From a virus (lineage: Duplodnaviria; Caudoviricetes): DNA of 64,000 nucleotides. The notes beneath the pieces were generated by a model. That model was given only the letters and a program-made list of their open reading frames with translations, did no database searches and had not been told where the DNA came from. Where the stretch lies: positions 102,767 to 166,766 of IMG/VR virus record IMGVR_UViG_3300037249_000709; one strand, 5' to 3'. The translations under genes were made by a program, and so were the position numbers. How positions within the stretch are numbered: the first letter of the stretch is position 1; every line of letters starts with the position of its first letter. Positions 11,764-23,500 of this stretch are shown piece by piece.

Positions 11764-12585
11764 ATGTTTGCAACAGACTTTATTTATGACAATATCCAAC
11801 TTTCTTCAAAAGGGTATATTGTATGTGATTTTGACGCGCCAAACGGAGTAAATGTGGTTGATATTGGTTCTAATATTACATTCAATAAAGTCAAAAGAGA
11901 TGGCGGACGAATTTATACTCTTGCAAGCGCAACCTATGAGGAATGTGTTACTGCAACCTTTGATATATGTAAAGATGATGAAAATTTCGACAAAAGTGAT
12001 ATGGGGTTATCAACAGAAGAATTTAGAGAGATAGTACAATGGTTAAATCGTAGAGAATTTCTGCCGTTCAGAATTATTGACAATAAAGATACTGTTTGTT
12101 GGTATAATGCAAGTTTTAATGTAGATAAGATAATTGTCGGCGACAAAATTTGCGGGGCAAGACTGACAATGGAAACAGACAAACCATTTGGTTTTGGTGA
12201 TACTTATACAGAAAGTCATACATATGGCAGCGATAAGGCGGTGTGGAAAGTACCCAACAAATCAAACGAAATTGGCTACCTCTACCCTACCGTTAATATT
12301 CATTGTTTAGCAAGTGGAGAGTTACGCATATTCAACGAAATGGAGCATTGCGAAACGGTTATTAAGAACTGTCAACTTGGAGAGAACATTGAAATAAACG
12401 GTGCAACTCAAACAATTAGTTCAGATGTAGCAAGTCATAAAATAAATAATGATTTTAATTGGGAGTTCCCTCGTTTGGGAGTAAGAATAAAAGATGGACA
12501 AGTGCAGCGCTATAATAACATAACCGTTAGCCAGATATGTAGTATCACTATTGTTTATACGCCCATAGTTAAAGATTTACCATAA
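11764..12585 (+). CDS. Distal tail (Dit)-like protein
   Basis: Lies after the tape measure gene with a GGAGG RBS. Motifs DFIYDN, QWLNRR and TDKPFGFG are typical of siphophage tail components. Confidence 0.7.
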   Translation: MFATDFIYDNIQLSSKGYIVCDFDAPNGVNVVDIGSNITFNKVKRDGGRIYTLASATYEECVTATFDICKDDENFDKSDMGLSTEEFREIVQWLNRREFLPFRIIDNKDTVCWYNASFNVDKIIVGDKICGARLTMETDKPFGFGDTYTESHTYGSDKAVWKVPNKSNEIGYLYPTVNIHCLASGELRIFNEMEHCETVIKNCQLGENIEINGATQTISSDVASHKINNDFNWEFPRLGVRIKDGQVQRYNNITVSQICSITIVYTPIVKDLP

Positions 12586-12594
12586 GAAAGGAGG

Positions 12595-15500
12595 GTGTGT
12601 GATGTGGCAATAAAAATTGATTTTGATTCATCGTACAATGTAATCTCTCCAACACTTGTGTTGGCTACAAGAAACGGCGAAAAACTTGGCGGTATTATTT
12701 ACCACAATCTTATTGCAAAAGATGCTATAAGAAATTCGATGGAGATGTCTTTTTCTGTTTACAAGAGCGACTATTCGGAAGCAAATCATAACTCCAACTT
12801 GTGGTCTGCTATTACCGATTTTAAACTTGTATGGGTTAAAGAATGGAATAGTTTTTTTGAGATAACTGTTAGCATAGACGAAGAAGAAACAACTATAAAA
12901 GAAATAACAGCTGTTTCGTTGGGCGAAGCAGAATTGTCACAAATCAATTTATATAATACTGAAATTAACACGGAAAATGACATTGCACGAGAGGATTATG
13001 AGCCGACTGTTTTATATAAACCAGACAATCCGAATGCTTCACTTTTACATCGTATCACAGAGAAAGTACCGCATTACACGATAGCGCACGTTGATTCTTC
13101 TATTAGCAATATTCAACGCACATTTACTTTTGATGACAAGAGTATATACGATGCTTTTCAAGAAATTGCAGAAGAAATAGAATGCGTATTTGAGGTCGAA
13201 TGCAAAGGTGAAGATAATCACGGAATACAGCGAAACATCTATGTTTATGACTTGAAGGACTATGGCAAAGATACCAACATTTTATTAACTACCGATGTTT
13301 TGGCAGATAATATACACTATTCAATAGATACTGGAGCTGTAAAAAACTGTTTTCGCTTAGAGGGCGGCGATGACTTAATGACCGCAACCATAAGGAACTG
13401 CAATCCAAACGGTAGCGGTTATATATGGTATATTTCTGATGAATTAAAATCGGATATGTCAGACGAGCTTGTTGAACGGTTGCAATCATATAATGATTTC
13501 TATGATTATTACCAAAATACATACGACCCTTTTGCACCATCAACTACAGGTCTTTCGGAAACAGATGCTCAAAAGATTAGTAGTAAAATAACAAGCAATG
13601 CTACTTTAAGGACTAAATACAACAACCTTGTAGATAAGTATTCTACTTATTCTACTGATTATCAAAAAATCGAATCTCCATTAGTAGGTTATCCAAGCAT
13701 AATGGAAGCCTATTATAATACGGTGGATTTCTATTATTACCTTAATAACAGTCTAATGCCAACGGTTGCTATGTCTGACACGACCGCAAAAAAGGAAGCC
13801 GAAAAACTAACATTCCAAAGTTTAAAGAATACAGCGGTACAGAATTTATCTGGCACAACATCTGTTGCAACCGTATCATCGGCAATTCTGGCTATGGCAA
13901 AAGCAATCATTGATATAAGATACCAAACAAAAATTGTTGATGAAACCGCAACTTTCACATATTCGGCAACAGGTTCTTCAACTTGGAAAGGCGATATTAA
14001 AGTAACAAATTACTCAGATGAAGAAGATACATATACTATTTCTCTAAGAGGCATTACGATTAGTTCAGATTACTCAAATTTTATTCAACAGAAATTGAAA
14101 GTTGCATTGGCAAACACAAGAGAAGATACTATCGCCAGTATTGATAAATTGTTTGAACTTGATGATAGTCAATTTAAAGGTAAGCTAAAAGAATATTCTC
14201 TACAACGATTAAAGGCTTTTCACGATGCCTGTCAAGGTTGTATTGACGTGTTAATTCAGCAAGGTGTGGCTGACAACAATAATACAGAATCTACTTTATA
14301 TAAAAAAATCTATCTTCCCTATTACAACAAATTGGGTTATATTCAATCTGAAATGGATGTTAGGCAAGACGAAATATATGTAGTGGCAGGAAAATATGAT
14401 TCCGATGGCGGATTGGTCGAAGAAGGTATGCAAGTCCTATTAGAAAGAGAAAGAGATGCCATACAATCTAATTTGGATTTTCAAAAATACTTGGGTGATT
14501 CGCTTTGGAAAGAATTTGTAGCATATCGCAGAGAAGATACATATTCCAACACAAACTATGTTTCGGACGGCTTGGGCAACAATGAGTTGTTTACAAGGGC
14601 AATGGAATTTATTGAAACTGCAAAAGAAGAAATTGAAAAGTCTGCCACTAAGCAACACACTATTGATGCCACACTAAGAAATCTTTTGGTAATGAAAGAA
14701 TTTGCTCCAATAGTTAAAAATTTTACAGTTGGAAATTGGCTAAGAATAAAAGTAGACGGAAAACTATTCAAGTTGCGTTTAGTGGATTATCAGATTGACT
14801 TTGAGAATCTTGAAAATATTGATATAACTTTCTCTGATATTGCCTTAGATAATGGTAACGAGGTTAAGAGTGTTTTAAATCAAGCATCAAGTATGGCAAC
14901 AAGCTATAATTCTGTGTCAAGGCAAGCCCGTAGAGCCGACAAAAATTCAGCAATGGTTGAAAATTGGGTGGACGATGGTTTATCCTTGACCACAACCAAA
15001 ATTGTTGACAAAGCTGACAATCAAGAGGTGTCTTGGGATAAGCACGGACTGATTTGCCGAGAATACGATGCCTTAACTGATTCTTATAGTGACAAGCAAG
15101 TAAAACTAATCAACAAAGGTGTATATATCACAGACAATGGTTGGAGAACGGCAAAGGCAGGCATCGGCAACTTCACATTCTTCAACCCTGCGGCTAACAA
15201 TGGCGACGGTGAATACCAAGAGGCTTATGGTGTTATTGCCGATACGATAGTTGGTAATGTTATTTTAGGAAAGAATGTCGGTATTTACAACACTAAAAAT
15301 AGTATTACTATGGATGAAAACGGTTTCACTTTAACGACTGACGGAACTGGCAGCGATGACCCTCAGTCTGTTTTTACTATCCGGCGTAAGACGGTCAATA
15401 ATGGCGTTAAATCTTTTAAAGATATGTTCTACATTGACTCAAATGGTTTTGTCACAATCAATGGTGGCGTGAAAATCGACATTGATGGGCAAAGCGGTAA

Positions 15501-17991
15501 TTCGACTATGGTAGAAATGGTAGATGGGAAAATTACAACACATATAACAGATGAGCTGGCTGATGGTGGGTTGATAGAAAGCTCCATTTCCCAAACAGCA
15601 GAAAGTATCACAAGTACAGTTAGTGCAACATACGAAACAAAAACAGATTCAAATAGCAAAAAGACTGCGTTGGAATCATCTATTAGACAAACTGCGTCTA
15701 ACATAGCGAGTACGGTTAAAGCCACATCTGGCTGGGATATTTCTTCTCTTGGTTATACAATAAATCTGATTGGAACTATTGATAGAGGTAACGACCATTC
15801 TGCTATTGGTGACTATATAGCGGGAGAACATATCGGAGAATTTTATCTTAATGATTTGACGGGTCACGTTTATGAGTCAAAATTAGAATCTGGCAGCACC
15901 ACTAATTATGCTTGGTGGTGGAAAGCAAATTTAACAAGAGCAGATTCAAGCATTTATTCACGGATTGACCAGACTGCAAACTCTATTACAAGTACGGTAA
16001 GTTCTGCTGTTAGCAAGTATGACACTTCTGGTTACACAATTACATTATACGGATATGGTACTCCTGCCGACAATGGTTATGCTGCTTCAAGTTATAATGG
16101 AAAATACTATTTAGACCAAAAGACAGGAAAACTGTACTTGTCAAACGGAAGTGCGTGGAACAATCCCGCAACACTAAGTCTTATTACTGACAATCTTAAT
16201 TCTCAGATTACGCAAACAGCAAAAGAAATAAAAAGTACAGTTAGTAAAGCATTGCATAAGTACGATGAATCTGGTTACACAATTACATTATACGGATATG
16301 GTACTCCTGCCGACAATGGTTATGCTGCTTCAAGTTATAATGGAAAATACTATCTGAATCAGAATAATGGTAAATTATATTTATCAAATGGTAGTTCTTG
16401 GAGTAATTCAGCAACATTGACTTTATTATCAGATGTACTTGACGATTCTATTTCTGAAATCTCACAAACAGCAGACCAAATCAAAATGAATGTATCAACA
16501 TCTGTAAGCCAATACAATCTATCAAGTTTTAGCGGTGTAATTTCTGTGTTCGGATATGGTGCGCCCACAGCAAGTAATCCTTCTGCATCAACATATAACA
16601 ATCAATACTACTTGAATCAATCTAACGGACAGATTTATAAATCTAATGGTAGTAGTTGGTCTACTTATGGCAACCCATTAAGTGTTATAAGTGGTAGTTG
16701 GCAATCCCAAATTACCGCAAATGCAAATGCAATTACTTCAAAGGTAGGCTCTGCGGATGTACATACTATTATTCAGCAAACGCCAGAAGATGTTAGGATA
16801 GCTTGGAATAAAATTTCAAAATATGTTTCTTTTGCAAACGCTGCATTAAATATTTATGACGGTACATCGCAGGGAGTGTCCCACCTACTTATGAGATTAA
16901 ATAGTGATGGGTTAAGCTATTATGATTACAATTCTTCTGCGGCGTATTCGTTGCAGGTGCTTGGAACACCTGAGAGTACGGGTTATTCTGCAAGCAACTA
17001 TGCGGGGAAATACTATCAAAATCTAAGCAACAACGATGTGTATTTGTCTGATGGTGTTAATTGGAGAAAAGTAGATGGACTTGGTAGTCGATTTAATATG
17101 AGAACGAATAGAAATGGTGCGTTCTATTATTACGAAGGGCTACAGCTTGGAAAAATTGGTACTAACACAATGGGAACAGACCATGCCAATCACTCAGTAA
17201 GGGGATTAGTTTTTGATTTAGAGCCTTATGCTCAATATATGACTTGGGCGGCGAGAGATGACGTGTCTGATGGATATGGCATTAAATTTACTTATTTTAG
17301 AGAGGGTGTTACATTTACAAGCGGGAGTAGTTACTCACGAGGATTTTATTTTGATGACGATGTTTATTTCCGCGACAATGTTCAAATGAATGGTAATACG
17401 CTATATCTCAATTCTGCATCAAGTTCGTATATTGGATTTAATAGTGGTGGTGCATTACAAATAGTAGGCACATCAGATAAGGCTTTAACACTAACTGGAT
17501 ATGGTAGCAAAAGCATAAGCATTGGTGGTAGTGGAGTCAGCATCAATACAGATGTAACCGTTACTGGAACAGTAACATCAGGCTCGGATGCGCGACTTAA
17601 AACAAATATTGTGGATAGTAGAACAAATGCCCTTTCACTTCTATCCGATATAGAGTTAAAAGAATTTGATTGGCTTTCCGATGGCTCTCATACCAGTGTG
17701 GGTATTATTGCACAGCAGTTGAAAGAAGTTATACCTGAATTGGTACACGAGAATCCAGAAACAGGAATGCTATCAATCAAAGTAGATAGGTTCATTCCGT
17801 TTTTAGTAAAATCCATCCAAGAGTTATATGTTCTTTGTGGTGGTAAAAAGCAGAAAAATAAAAATGGGTGGACAGATATTTTATCTGACAAAGATAAACG
17901 TGCATTTGCTTCGTCTATATTAAACAATAAACCTCAACAGCCAGTCAAGCCTCCGAAAACAAAAGAAGAAATTATTTTATTAAATAAATGA
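12595..17991 (+). CDS. Tail tip / tail fibre protein with internal repeats and a C-terminal intramolecular chaperone (peptidase S74-like)
   Basis: Follows Dit. Has ISQTA..I coiled repeats alternating with YGYGTP..YNGKYYL modules, plus SDARLKTNI and GIIAQ motifs. The true start is probably GTG at 12604. Confidence 0.8.
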   Translation: MCDVAIKIDFDSSYNVISPTLVLATRNGEKLGGIIYHNLIAKDAIRNSMEMSFSVYKSDYSEANHNSNLWSAITDFKLVWVKEWNSFFEITVSIDEEETTIKEITAVSLGEAELSQINLYNTEINTENDIAREDYEPTVLYKPDNPNASLLHRITEKVPHYTIAHVDSSISNIQRTFTFDDKSIYDAFQEIAEEIECVFEVECKGEDNHGIQRNIYVYDLKDYGKDTNILLTTDVLADNIHYSIDTGAVKNCFRLEGGDDLMTATIRNCNPNGSGYIWYISDELKSDMSDELVERLQSYNDFYDYYQNTYDPFAPSTTGLSETDAQKISSKITSNATLRTKYNNLVDKYSTYSTDYQKIESPLVGYPSIMEAYYNTVDFYYYLNNSLMPTVAMSDTTAKKEAEKLTFQSLKNTAVQNLSGTTSVATVSSAILAMAKAIIDIRYQTKIVDETATFTYSATGSSTWKGDIKVTNYSDEEDTYTISLRGITISSDYSNFIQQKLKVALANTREDTIASIDKLFELDDSQFKGKLKEYSLQRLKAFHDACQGCIDVLIQQGVADNNNTESTLYKKIYLPYYNKLGYIQSEMDVRQDEIYVVAGKYDSDGGLVEEGMQVLLERERDAIQSNLDFQKYLGDSLWKEFVAYRREDTYSNTNYVSDGLGNNELFTRAMEFIETAKEEIEKSATKQHTIDATLRNLLVMKEFAPIVKNFTVGNWLRIKVDGKLFKLRLVDYQIDFENLENIDITFSDIALDNGNEVKSVLNQASSMATSYNSVSRQARRADKNSAMVENWVDDGLSLTTTKIVDKADNQEVSWDKHGLICREYDALTDSYSDKQVKLINKGVYITDNGWRTAKAGIGNFTFFNPAANNGDGEYQEAYGVIADTIVGNVILGKNVGIYNTKNSITMDENGFTLTTDGTGSDDPQSVFTIRRKTVNNGVKSFKDMFYIDSNGFVTINGGVKIDIDGQSGNSTMVEMVDGKITTHITDELADGGLIESSISQTAESITSTVSATYETKTDSNSKKTALESSIRQTASNIASTVKATSGWDISSLGYTINLIGTIDRGNDHSAIGDYIAGEHIGEFYLNDLTGHVYESKLESGSTTNYAWWWKANLTRADSSIYSRIDQTANSITSTVSSAVSKYDTSGYTITLYGYGTPADNGYAASSYNGKYYLDQKTGKLYLSNGSAWNNPATLSLITDNLNSQITQTAKEIKSTVSKALHKYDESGYTITLYGYGTPADNGYAASSYNGKYYLNQNNGKLYLSNGSSWSNSATLTLLSDVLDDSISEISQTADQIKMNVSTSVSQYNLSSFSGVISVFGYGAPTASNPSASTYNNQYYLNQSNGQIYKSNGSSWSTYGNPLSVISGSWQSQITANANAITSKVGSADVHTIIQQTPEDVRIAWNKISKYVSFANAALNIYDGTSQGVSHLLMRLNSDGLSYYDYNSSAAYSLQVLGTPESTGYSASNYAGKYYQNLSNNDVYLSDGVNWRKVDGLGSRFNMRTNRNGAFYYYEGLQLGKIGTNTMGTDHANHSVRGLVFDLEPYAQYMTWAARDDVSDGYGIKFTYFREGVTFTSGSSYSRGFYFDDDVYFRDNVQMNGNTLYLNSASSSYIGFNSGGALQIVGTSDKALTLTGYGSKSISIGGSGVSINTDVTVTGTVTSGSDARLKTNIVDSRTNALSLLSDIELKEFDWLSDGSHTSVGIIAQQLKEVIPELVHENPETGMLSIKVDRFIPFLVKSIQELYVLCGGKKQKNKNGWTDILSDKDKRAFASSILNNKPQQPVKPPKTKEEIILLNK
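16027..16353 (+). repeat. Exact 84-bp direct repeat (16027-16110 and 16270-16353)
   Basis: Two identical copies of TCTGGTTACACAATTACATTATACGG...GGAAAATACTAT, 243 bp apart. Confidence 0.9.
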
Positions 17992-18248
17992 GAAGAAAAG
18001 AAAAGGGGAAATATATGAATCAGTCTATTTCTGCCGCCCTTTCTGCGGCAAAAATGCAATTAACAAGTACACTTAACAAAATTATTAGTGAGGGCGAATT
18101 GCCTTCTCAACTTTATGAAAGTGTGCTTTTGGAAATGCTATTAGAGATTAAACAACAGAAGGTATCGGAACTTGCGATTGAAAATATTCAATTACATAAT
18201 CGCATTTCTAAGCTTGAAAAAGGTGAATCCAATGAAAAGCAAGATTGA
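17988..18248 (+). CDS. Hypothetical protein
   Basis: ORF track. The likely start is ATG at 18015 after AAAGGGG. Confidence 0.65.
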   Translation: MRRKEKGKYMNQSISAALSAAKMQLTSTLNKIISEGELPSQLYESVLLEMLLEIKQQKVSELAIENIQLHNRISKLEKGESNEKQD

Positions 18249-18504
18249 ATTTAGTAAAGTCTTAGCAATATATCTCTTAATTCTATTGACCGCCATTGTA
18301 GTTTTTACAATGGCGGCAATTTGGCATTTTGGGGATTTATCATATTTAAATGTTTTAATTACTGATATTGCCGCACAAATACTTGTTTATATGATTTACT
18401 GCGTTAAGGCATATCACGGCAAAAAGTCAGAAGAAAAACTAAAATTTGAGAAAGAGAAAATTGAGAATTGTATTAACACAAATGCAGATGATGAAGTTGG
18501 TTGA
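18232..18504 (+). CDS. Two-TM membrane protein, holin-like
   Basis: MKSKIEFSK followed by two hydrophobic helices and a charged tail; lies in the lysis cassette. Confidence 0.6.
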   Translation: MKSKIEFSKVLAIYLLILLTAIVVFTMAAIWHFGDLSYLNVLITDIAAQILVYMIYCVKAYHGKKSEEKLKFEKEKIENCINTNADDEVG

Positions 18505-18518
18505 AAGGAGGCTTGAAT

Positions 18519-18881
18519 ATGGGAGTAAAGATATTTGAGTTTATTCGTGAGAATTGGTTTGTCATTGTAATTTCTGTGGCTGTTGTTATTTACACGGTCG
18601 AAGAATTGCTAATACTTAGCAAAGAAGAAAAAGTTGCGGCTGCAAAATACATAATTGCAGTTAGCATAGATGCCATTGTTGCCGAAGCTGAATTAAAATT
18701 TGCCGACTATGAAAAAGCTGGACATCTCAAAAGGTCTTACGTTATTCAAACGATTTACGAAAAACACCCTGAACTCAACAAAGTTATCGAACAAGAGGAA
18801 ATTCTTGACTGGATTGATAAACTAATTGAAAATTCGGTAGCAAGATTAAAAACAACCATATCCGATATTGACAGAAAGTGA
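18519..18881 (+). CDS. Putative holin (single N-terminal TM)
   Basis: GGAGG RBS, one TM helix and a V.EAE...G..K motif; directly upstream of the endolysin. Confidence 0.6.
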   Translation: MGVKIFEFIRENWFVIVISVAVVIYTVEELLILSKEEKVAAAKYIIAVSIDAIVAEAELKFADYEKAGHLKRSYVIQTIYEKHPELNKVIEQEEILDWIDKLIENSVARLKTTISDIDRK

Positions 18882-18889
18882 GGTAAATT

Positions 18890-19981
18890 ATGAGTATCAC
18901 AATTAAAAAGCAGACAAGCTATAACAAGGTAAATTATTGCCCAAATAGAAACATCAAATACATAGTAATTCACTATACGGCGGGTTCAACTTCAAGAGCA
19001 GGCTCGGCAGTAAACACAGCAAACTTTTGGGCAACATCCCCTTACGAGGGTTCTGCTGATTTTGCCGTAGACGATGCAACAATCGTACAATATAACCCCG
19101 ATTTAAACAACTATTTATGTTGGCATTGCGGCGATGGCTACAATAGCGGAACAGGTGGTGGAAAGTATTATGGGGTTTGTACAAACGCCAACTCAATCGG
19201 TATAGAAATCTGCTCCAATAATAATAATTATAGCGCAAGTGACCCGTGGAACTCGCCTAAATGGTATTTTACAGATAGCGAAGTAACCAATGCCGTTGAA
19301 CTAACTAAGTATCTTATGGCAAAATACAATGTTGATGCCGCTCACGTTATTCGTCACTATGATGTTTCTGGAAAAGTTTGTCCGGGCGTTCTTGGTTGGA
19401 ATACATATAATGGCAGTAACGAGAACAAGTGGCTCGATTTCAAGAAGCGTATTGGCAGTACAACTTCTACCACAAATACAACTACGAGCAGTAAAACTTC
19501 TACGGTTACTGTAACTAATAAGCAGACTACTTCCACGAATAGCACGACTATCAAAGCTGGTTCGGCTGTAAAGATTGCAAGTAATGCTACATATTATGAC
19601 GGCAAAGCTATCCCCTCTTGGGTTAAAGCTAAAACTTGGATTGTAAAATCCATTAGTGGCGATAGAGTTGTTATTGACAAATCTAAGGATGGGCAAAATT
19701 CTATTATGAGTGCAATCAACAAGAAATATATTTCTTTGGCAAAGGCAGCAGCAACATCAACTACTACGACAAATAAGTTCACAGAATATAAAGTTAGAGT
19801 TACAGCAAGTGCATTAAACATCCGCAAGGGTGCTGGCACAAATTATGCTATTACAGGAACTATTACAGACAAGGGTGTTTACACTATTGTTGGTGAAGCT
19901 ACCGGAACGGGTGCTACTAAATGGCTGAAATTAAAATCGGGGGCTGGCTACATTGCAAGCGACTACACGAAGAAAGTTTGA
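18890..19981 (+). CDS. Endolysin, N-acetylmuramoyl-L-alanine amidase (Amidase_2) with SH3-like cell-wall binding domains
   Basis: YIVIHYT, WHCG, NSIGIEIC and RHYDVSGKVCPG motifs, a Thr-rich linker, and a C-terminal LNIRKGAGT. Confidence 0.92.
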   Translation: MSITIKKQTSYNKVNYCPNRNIKYIVIHYTAGSTSRAGSAVNTANFWATSPYEGSADFAVDDATIVQYNPDLNNYLCWHCGDGYNSGTGGGKYYGVCTNANSIGIEICSNNNNYSASDPWNSPKWYFTDSEVTNAVELTKYLMAKYNVDAAHVIRHYDVSGKVCPGVLGWNTYNGSNENKWLDFKKRIGSTTSTTNTTTSSKTSTVTVTNKQTTSTNSTTIKAGSAVKIASNATYYDGKAIPSWVKAKTWIVKSISGDRVVIDKSKDGQNSIMSAINKKYISLAKAAATSTTTTNKFTEYKVRVTASALNIRKGAGTNYAITGTITDKGVYTIVGEATGTGATKWLKLKSGAGYIASDYTKKV

Positions 19982-19991
19982 GGTGTAGTCA

Positions 19992-20450
19992 ATGGACACT
20001 AAGTCTGTCTGGGATTTACTGTCCAGCATTTCAATAGGAACGGCGATAGCGTGGATAACTGTTATCTTCGCTATCATAGCGTTCTTTTGTACTGGAACGG
20101 TAAAGACATACCAGTTATTTGAAAAATATAAACAAGCAAAGGATAAAACTGAAAAACAAGAAAGCGTCATCGAAAGCCACGACAACACTTTAAAAGACAT
20201 AAACAATACACTTCAAGAAATTAAAGAATCACTTGACGAGCAGAAAGAGGTTAATCTCAAACAAATAAGACACACCATTGTACATACTTGTGAGGAAGCT
20301 CTGGAAAAAGGTCAAATCTCCATAAACAAATTGCGCTCGTTAGAGGAAATGTACGAAGAATATGTAGGCATTTTTCACGGCAATGGTTATGTCAAAACAT
20401 TGGTTATCAAGGTGCGCAAATTGAAAGTAGTTGGCAAATTAGATGATTAG
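19992..20450 (+). CDS. Membrane-anchored coiled-coil protein of the lysis cassette (holin-associated)
   Basis: N-terminal TM helix and a C-terminal Y..Y....GNG motif common next to Firmicutes phage lysins. Confidence 0.6.
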   Translation: MDTKSVWDLLSSISIGTAIAWITVIFAIIAFFCTGTVKTYQLFEKYKQAKDKTEKQESVIESHDNTLKDINNTLQEIKESLDEQKEVNLKQIRHTIVHTCEEALEKGQISINKLRSLEEMYEEYVGIFHGNGYVKTLVIKVRKLKVVGKLDD

Positions 20451-20481
20451 TAAATAAAAGTGTAGTTTTATCCACATTTCG

Positions 20482-20528
20482 CCACTATATATTGTGTTGT
20501 TTATTTGCTATATCACAATATATAGTGG
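20482..20528. promoter_or_regulatory. 15-bp inverted repeat whose arms match the NrdR-box consensus
   Basis: CCACTATATATTGTG...CACAATATATAGTGG; the two boxes start 31 bp apart. Confidence 0.55.
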
Positions 20529-20572
20529 AATGTAGTTGAAATTATTTTATTAAGTTTAATTTAGGAGGATGT

Positions 20573-23500
20573 ATGGATATTTTAGTTGATGTAGTTAATC
20601 AAAGACTACATACTGCTACAAGTCTAACTAAATTCATTGCAGGAACGCAAGAGTTTATTAGATTTGTTTTTAACCTTGATAGTGACTGGGAAAACCTTTT
20701 GACTTTTGCTCAGTTCACTCAAAATGGAGAATCTTACAATCAGCTTTTAGATGAAGATAAGGGTGCATATCTTCCACCGGAAATCTCAGTAGGTACTTGT
20801 ACGCTTACACTTTATGGCAGCTATGAAAACAAACGAGCTACAACAGATTATTTAACATTAGAAATATCTGAAAACAATTTTACCGCAGACGCTAACTCTA
20901 CGGAAATAACATTATCATTGTATGAACAGTTGGCAACAGAAGTCCATTCGTTAAGCACATGGAAAAACCAATTTAGAGCTGATTATTCCGAGGCTGATTC
21001 GGCTTTACAGCAACAAATCAACACCAAGGCAAATCAGGCGGATTTACAAAGCGAAATTTCAACTGCAAGAGCAGCCGAACAAGCAAACGCCTCTGCCCTA
21101 TTATTAAAAGCAGACAAATCCAAGGTAGCAGAATTAGAATCAAAAGTTGACCAACTTGCGAACAATGAAGTAGTTGCAAGTGCAATTCAAGAGTCAGTTC
21201 AACAAGAGATTGCCGATTATATTTCTAATGGCACATTAGCGAATATGAGTATTGCGGATGGAAGTATCACACGGTCAAAGGTGGACAGTAATTTTGAAGC
21301 AACACTTCAAAAAGCGGATTCGGCATTACAAGATTCTGATGCAAGCGACATACGTGCTTATGCAAAAGGACAAGTTGATTTGGTTGCTGATGATTTATCA
21401 AATTTGCAAACAGAGGTTCAAGGGGCATATAGATTGGATAGTACCCATATTTATGCCAACTTAGGAGATGCCGTTAGAGGAGCTATCACAATATCAGAAA
21501 CAGATTCTAACGCTTATGCAAGGCAGTTATTGCGTGATTACAAAGCGTTTACAGTTACCATTGTTGATGAGCTTCCTCAAATAGGAGAATCAATGACATT
21601 TTATCTTGTACCAAAAAATTCTGGAGCGGGATATGACAAGTATTGGTGGATTACCGATGCAACTACAGGTCTTTCTAAGTGGGATGTGTTTGGCAGTTCA
21701 ACAACCCAAGTTGTAACAACGCTGCCACAAGCAGGTGATTCTGATGTGGACTACATTTTGCGGACTAATTCAGGCTGTCTTTTTTATAAGTGGATAGATG
21801 GAGTGTGGCAAGTTGTTGCTGGTTCAATAGCAAAAGTAAGTTCTTCGCTGCCGGCAACTGGAGATGAATACACTGATTATTATGTTCTTAATGAATCCGG
21901 AGTCTATGTCCATTATCGCTTTATTAATGGGCAATTTCATTCAATCGGTACTGAAACCTATACAAGCGATGAATTAGATACTCTACTTGCTGGGATAAGT
22001 GATAGAATAGATGGTGTTGCGGCAGATGTGCAGACTAATCAAACCAATATATCTTCTTTAAGTAGAACAGTAGATAGGGTCGCAAGTGACCTTGACAATC
22101 TTGATGTTGAAGGTTATACATATAGTGCCGCAATTTCTCAAAACGACCAAAGTGCTTATGTTTTTACGCTCACAGAAACAAAGGACAACGTAGATACAAT
22201 CAAGAGCCAGTTTGTATTGCCCAGTGGCGGCGGCGGTGGTGGTGCTGTTTCAACAACAACACTTACGGTTGAAAAAATAACTCAATCTCCACTTATCATT
22301 ACTACTACAGACTCAGCAATTATCGAAATAGATTATTCTTCTTTGGATGGAGACGGAGAAACCGTTGATGGTACTTACAGTTGGAAATCTGGCAATACCG
22401 TAATAATGTCTGGTGCTTTAACGCAAGGCAGAAATATTTTTGATTTATCAGAGTTTTGCTCTATTGGAACACAAAAGTTTACACTTATCATCACTGATGA
22501 GGGCGGTTCGACCAATGTAAAAACGTGGACTATTCAGAAGGTTGATGTAAGAATTGAGTCGGCTTTTAACGATAGATACACCACTGCAATAGGTAGAAAT
22601 GTAGCATTTACTTATACTCCTTATGGTGCAGTAAACAAAACTATCCACTTTAAGATTGATGGAGTAGAAACCACCGAAACAACTTCTGCTTCGGGAACAT
22701 TGCAATCACATACCATTACAGCACAAGAACATGGCTCTCACCTGTTGGAAGTATGGGCAACGGCAACAATAAATAGTGTACCGATTGAAACAAGCCATAT
22801 CTACAAAGATATTATATGGTACAATCCCGACAAGGATGATAATGGAGATTATCAAGAAGCGGTTATTGGGTGCATTTATAGATATGATTACTATGGCAAT
22901 GTAACAGCAAGACAATATGATACAACATCTATTATCTATAATGTGTATGACCCTACGACCAACTATCCTACGGTTAGAAGGTATGTTGATAATGTCCTTG
23001 TAGGCACAGAAACTCTAAGCACAGCACAAAACACGTGGAACTTTAAATCCGATGACATTGGCTTGCATACATTAAGAATTGTATGTAGAAATACAAGCGT
23101 AACAATTAAAGTAAATGTAACAGAATTGGGTATAGATGTTAATCCAATAACTGGCGGATTAGAAGTAGACTTTAATCCTACTGGTATTACTAATAGTTCA
23201 AATAATAGATTATGGAGCAATGAAAATTATGCCATGACCGTCTCTCAAAACTTTGACTGGGCTAATGGTGGTTATAGAACGGACGAAAATGGCGACACGT
23301 ATTTCTTAATTAAAGCTGGAACAAGAGCAATATTAAATTATAAAATGTTTTCCGGTGGCATTGATGGAAACCCAAGTGTTGTTGGTGGGGAAATAAAAAT
23401 AGTATTCATGACAGAAAACGTACAAGATGCTAATGCTACTTGGTTTACAAATGTAGAAACAACAACAGCAGAGGTTGACGGAAATGTAGTTACGACCAAT

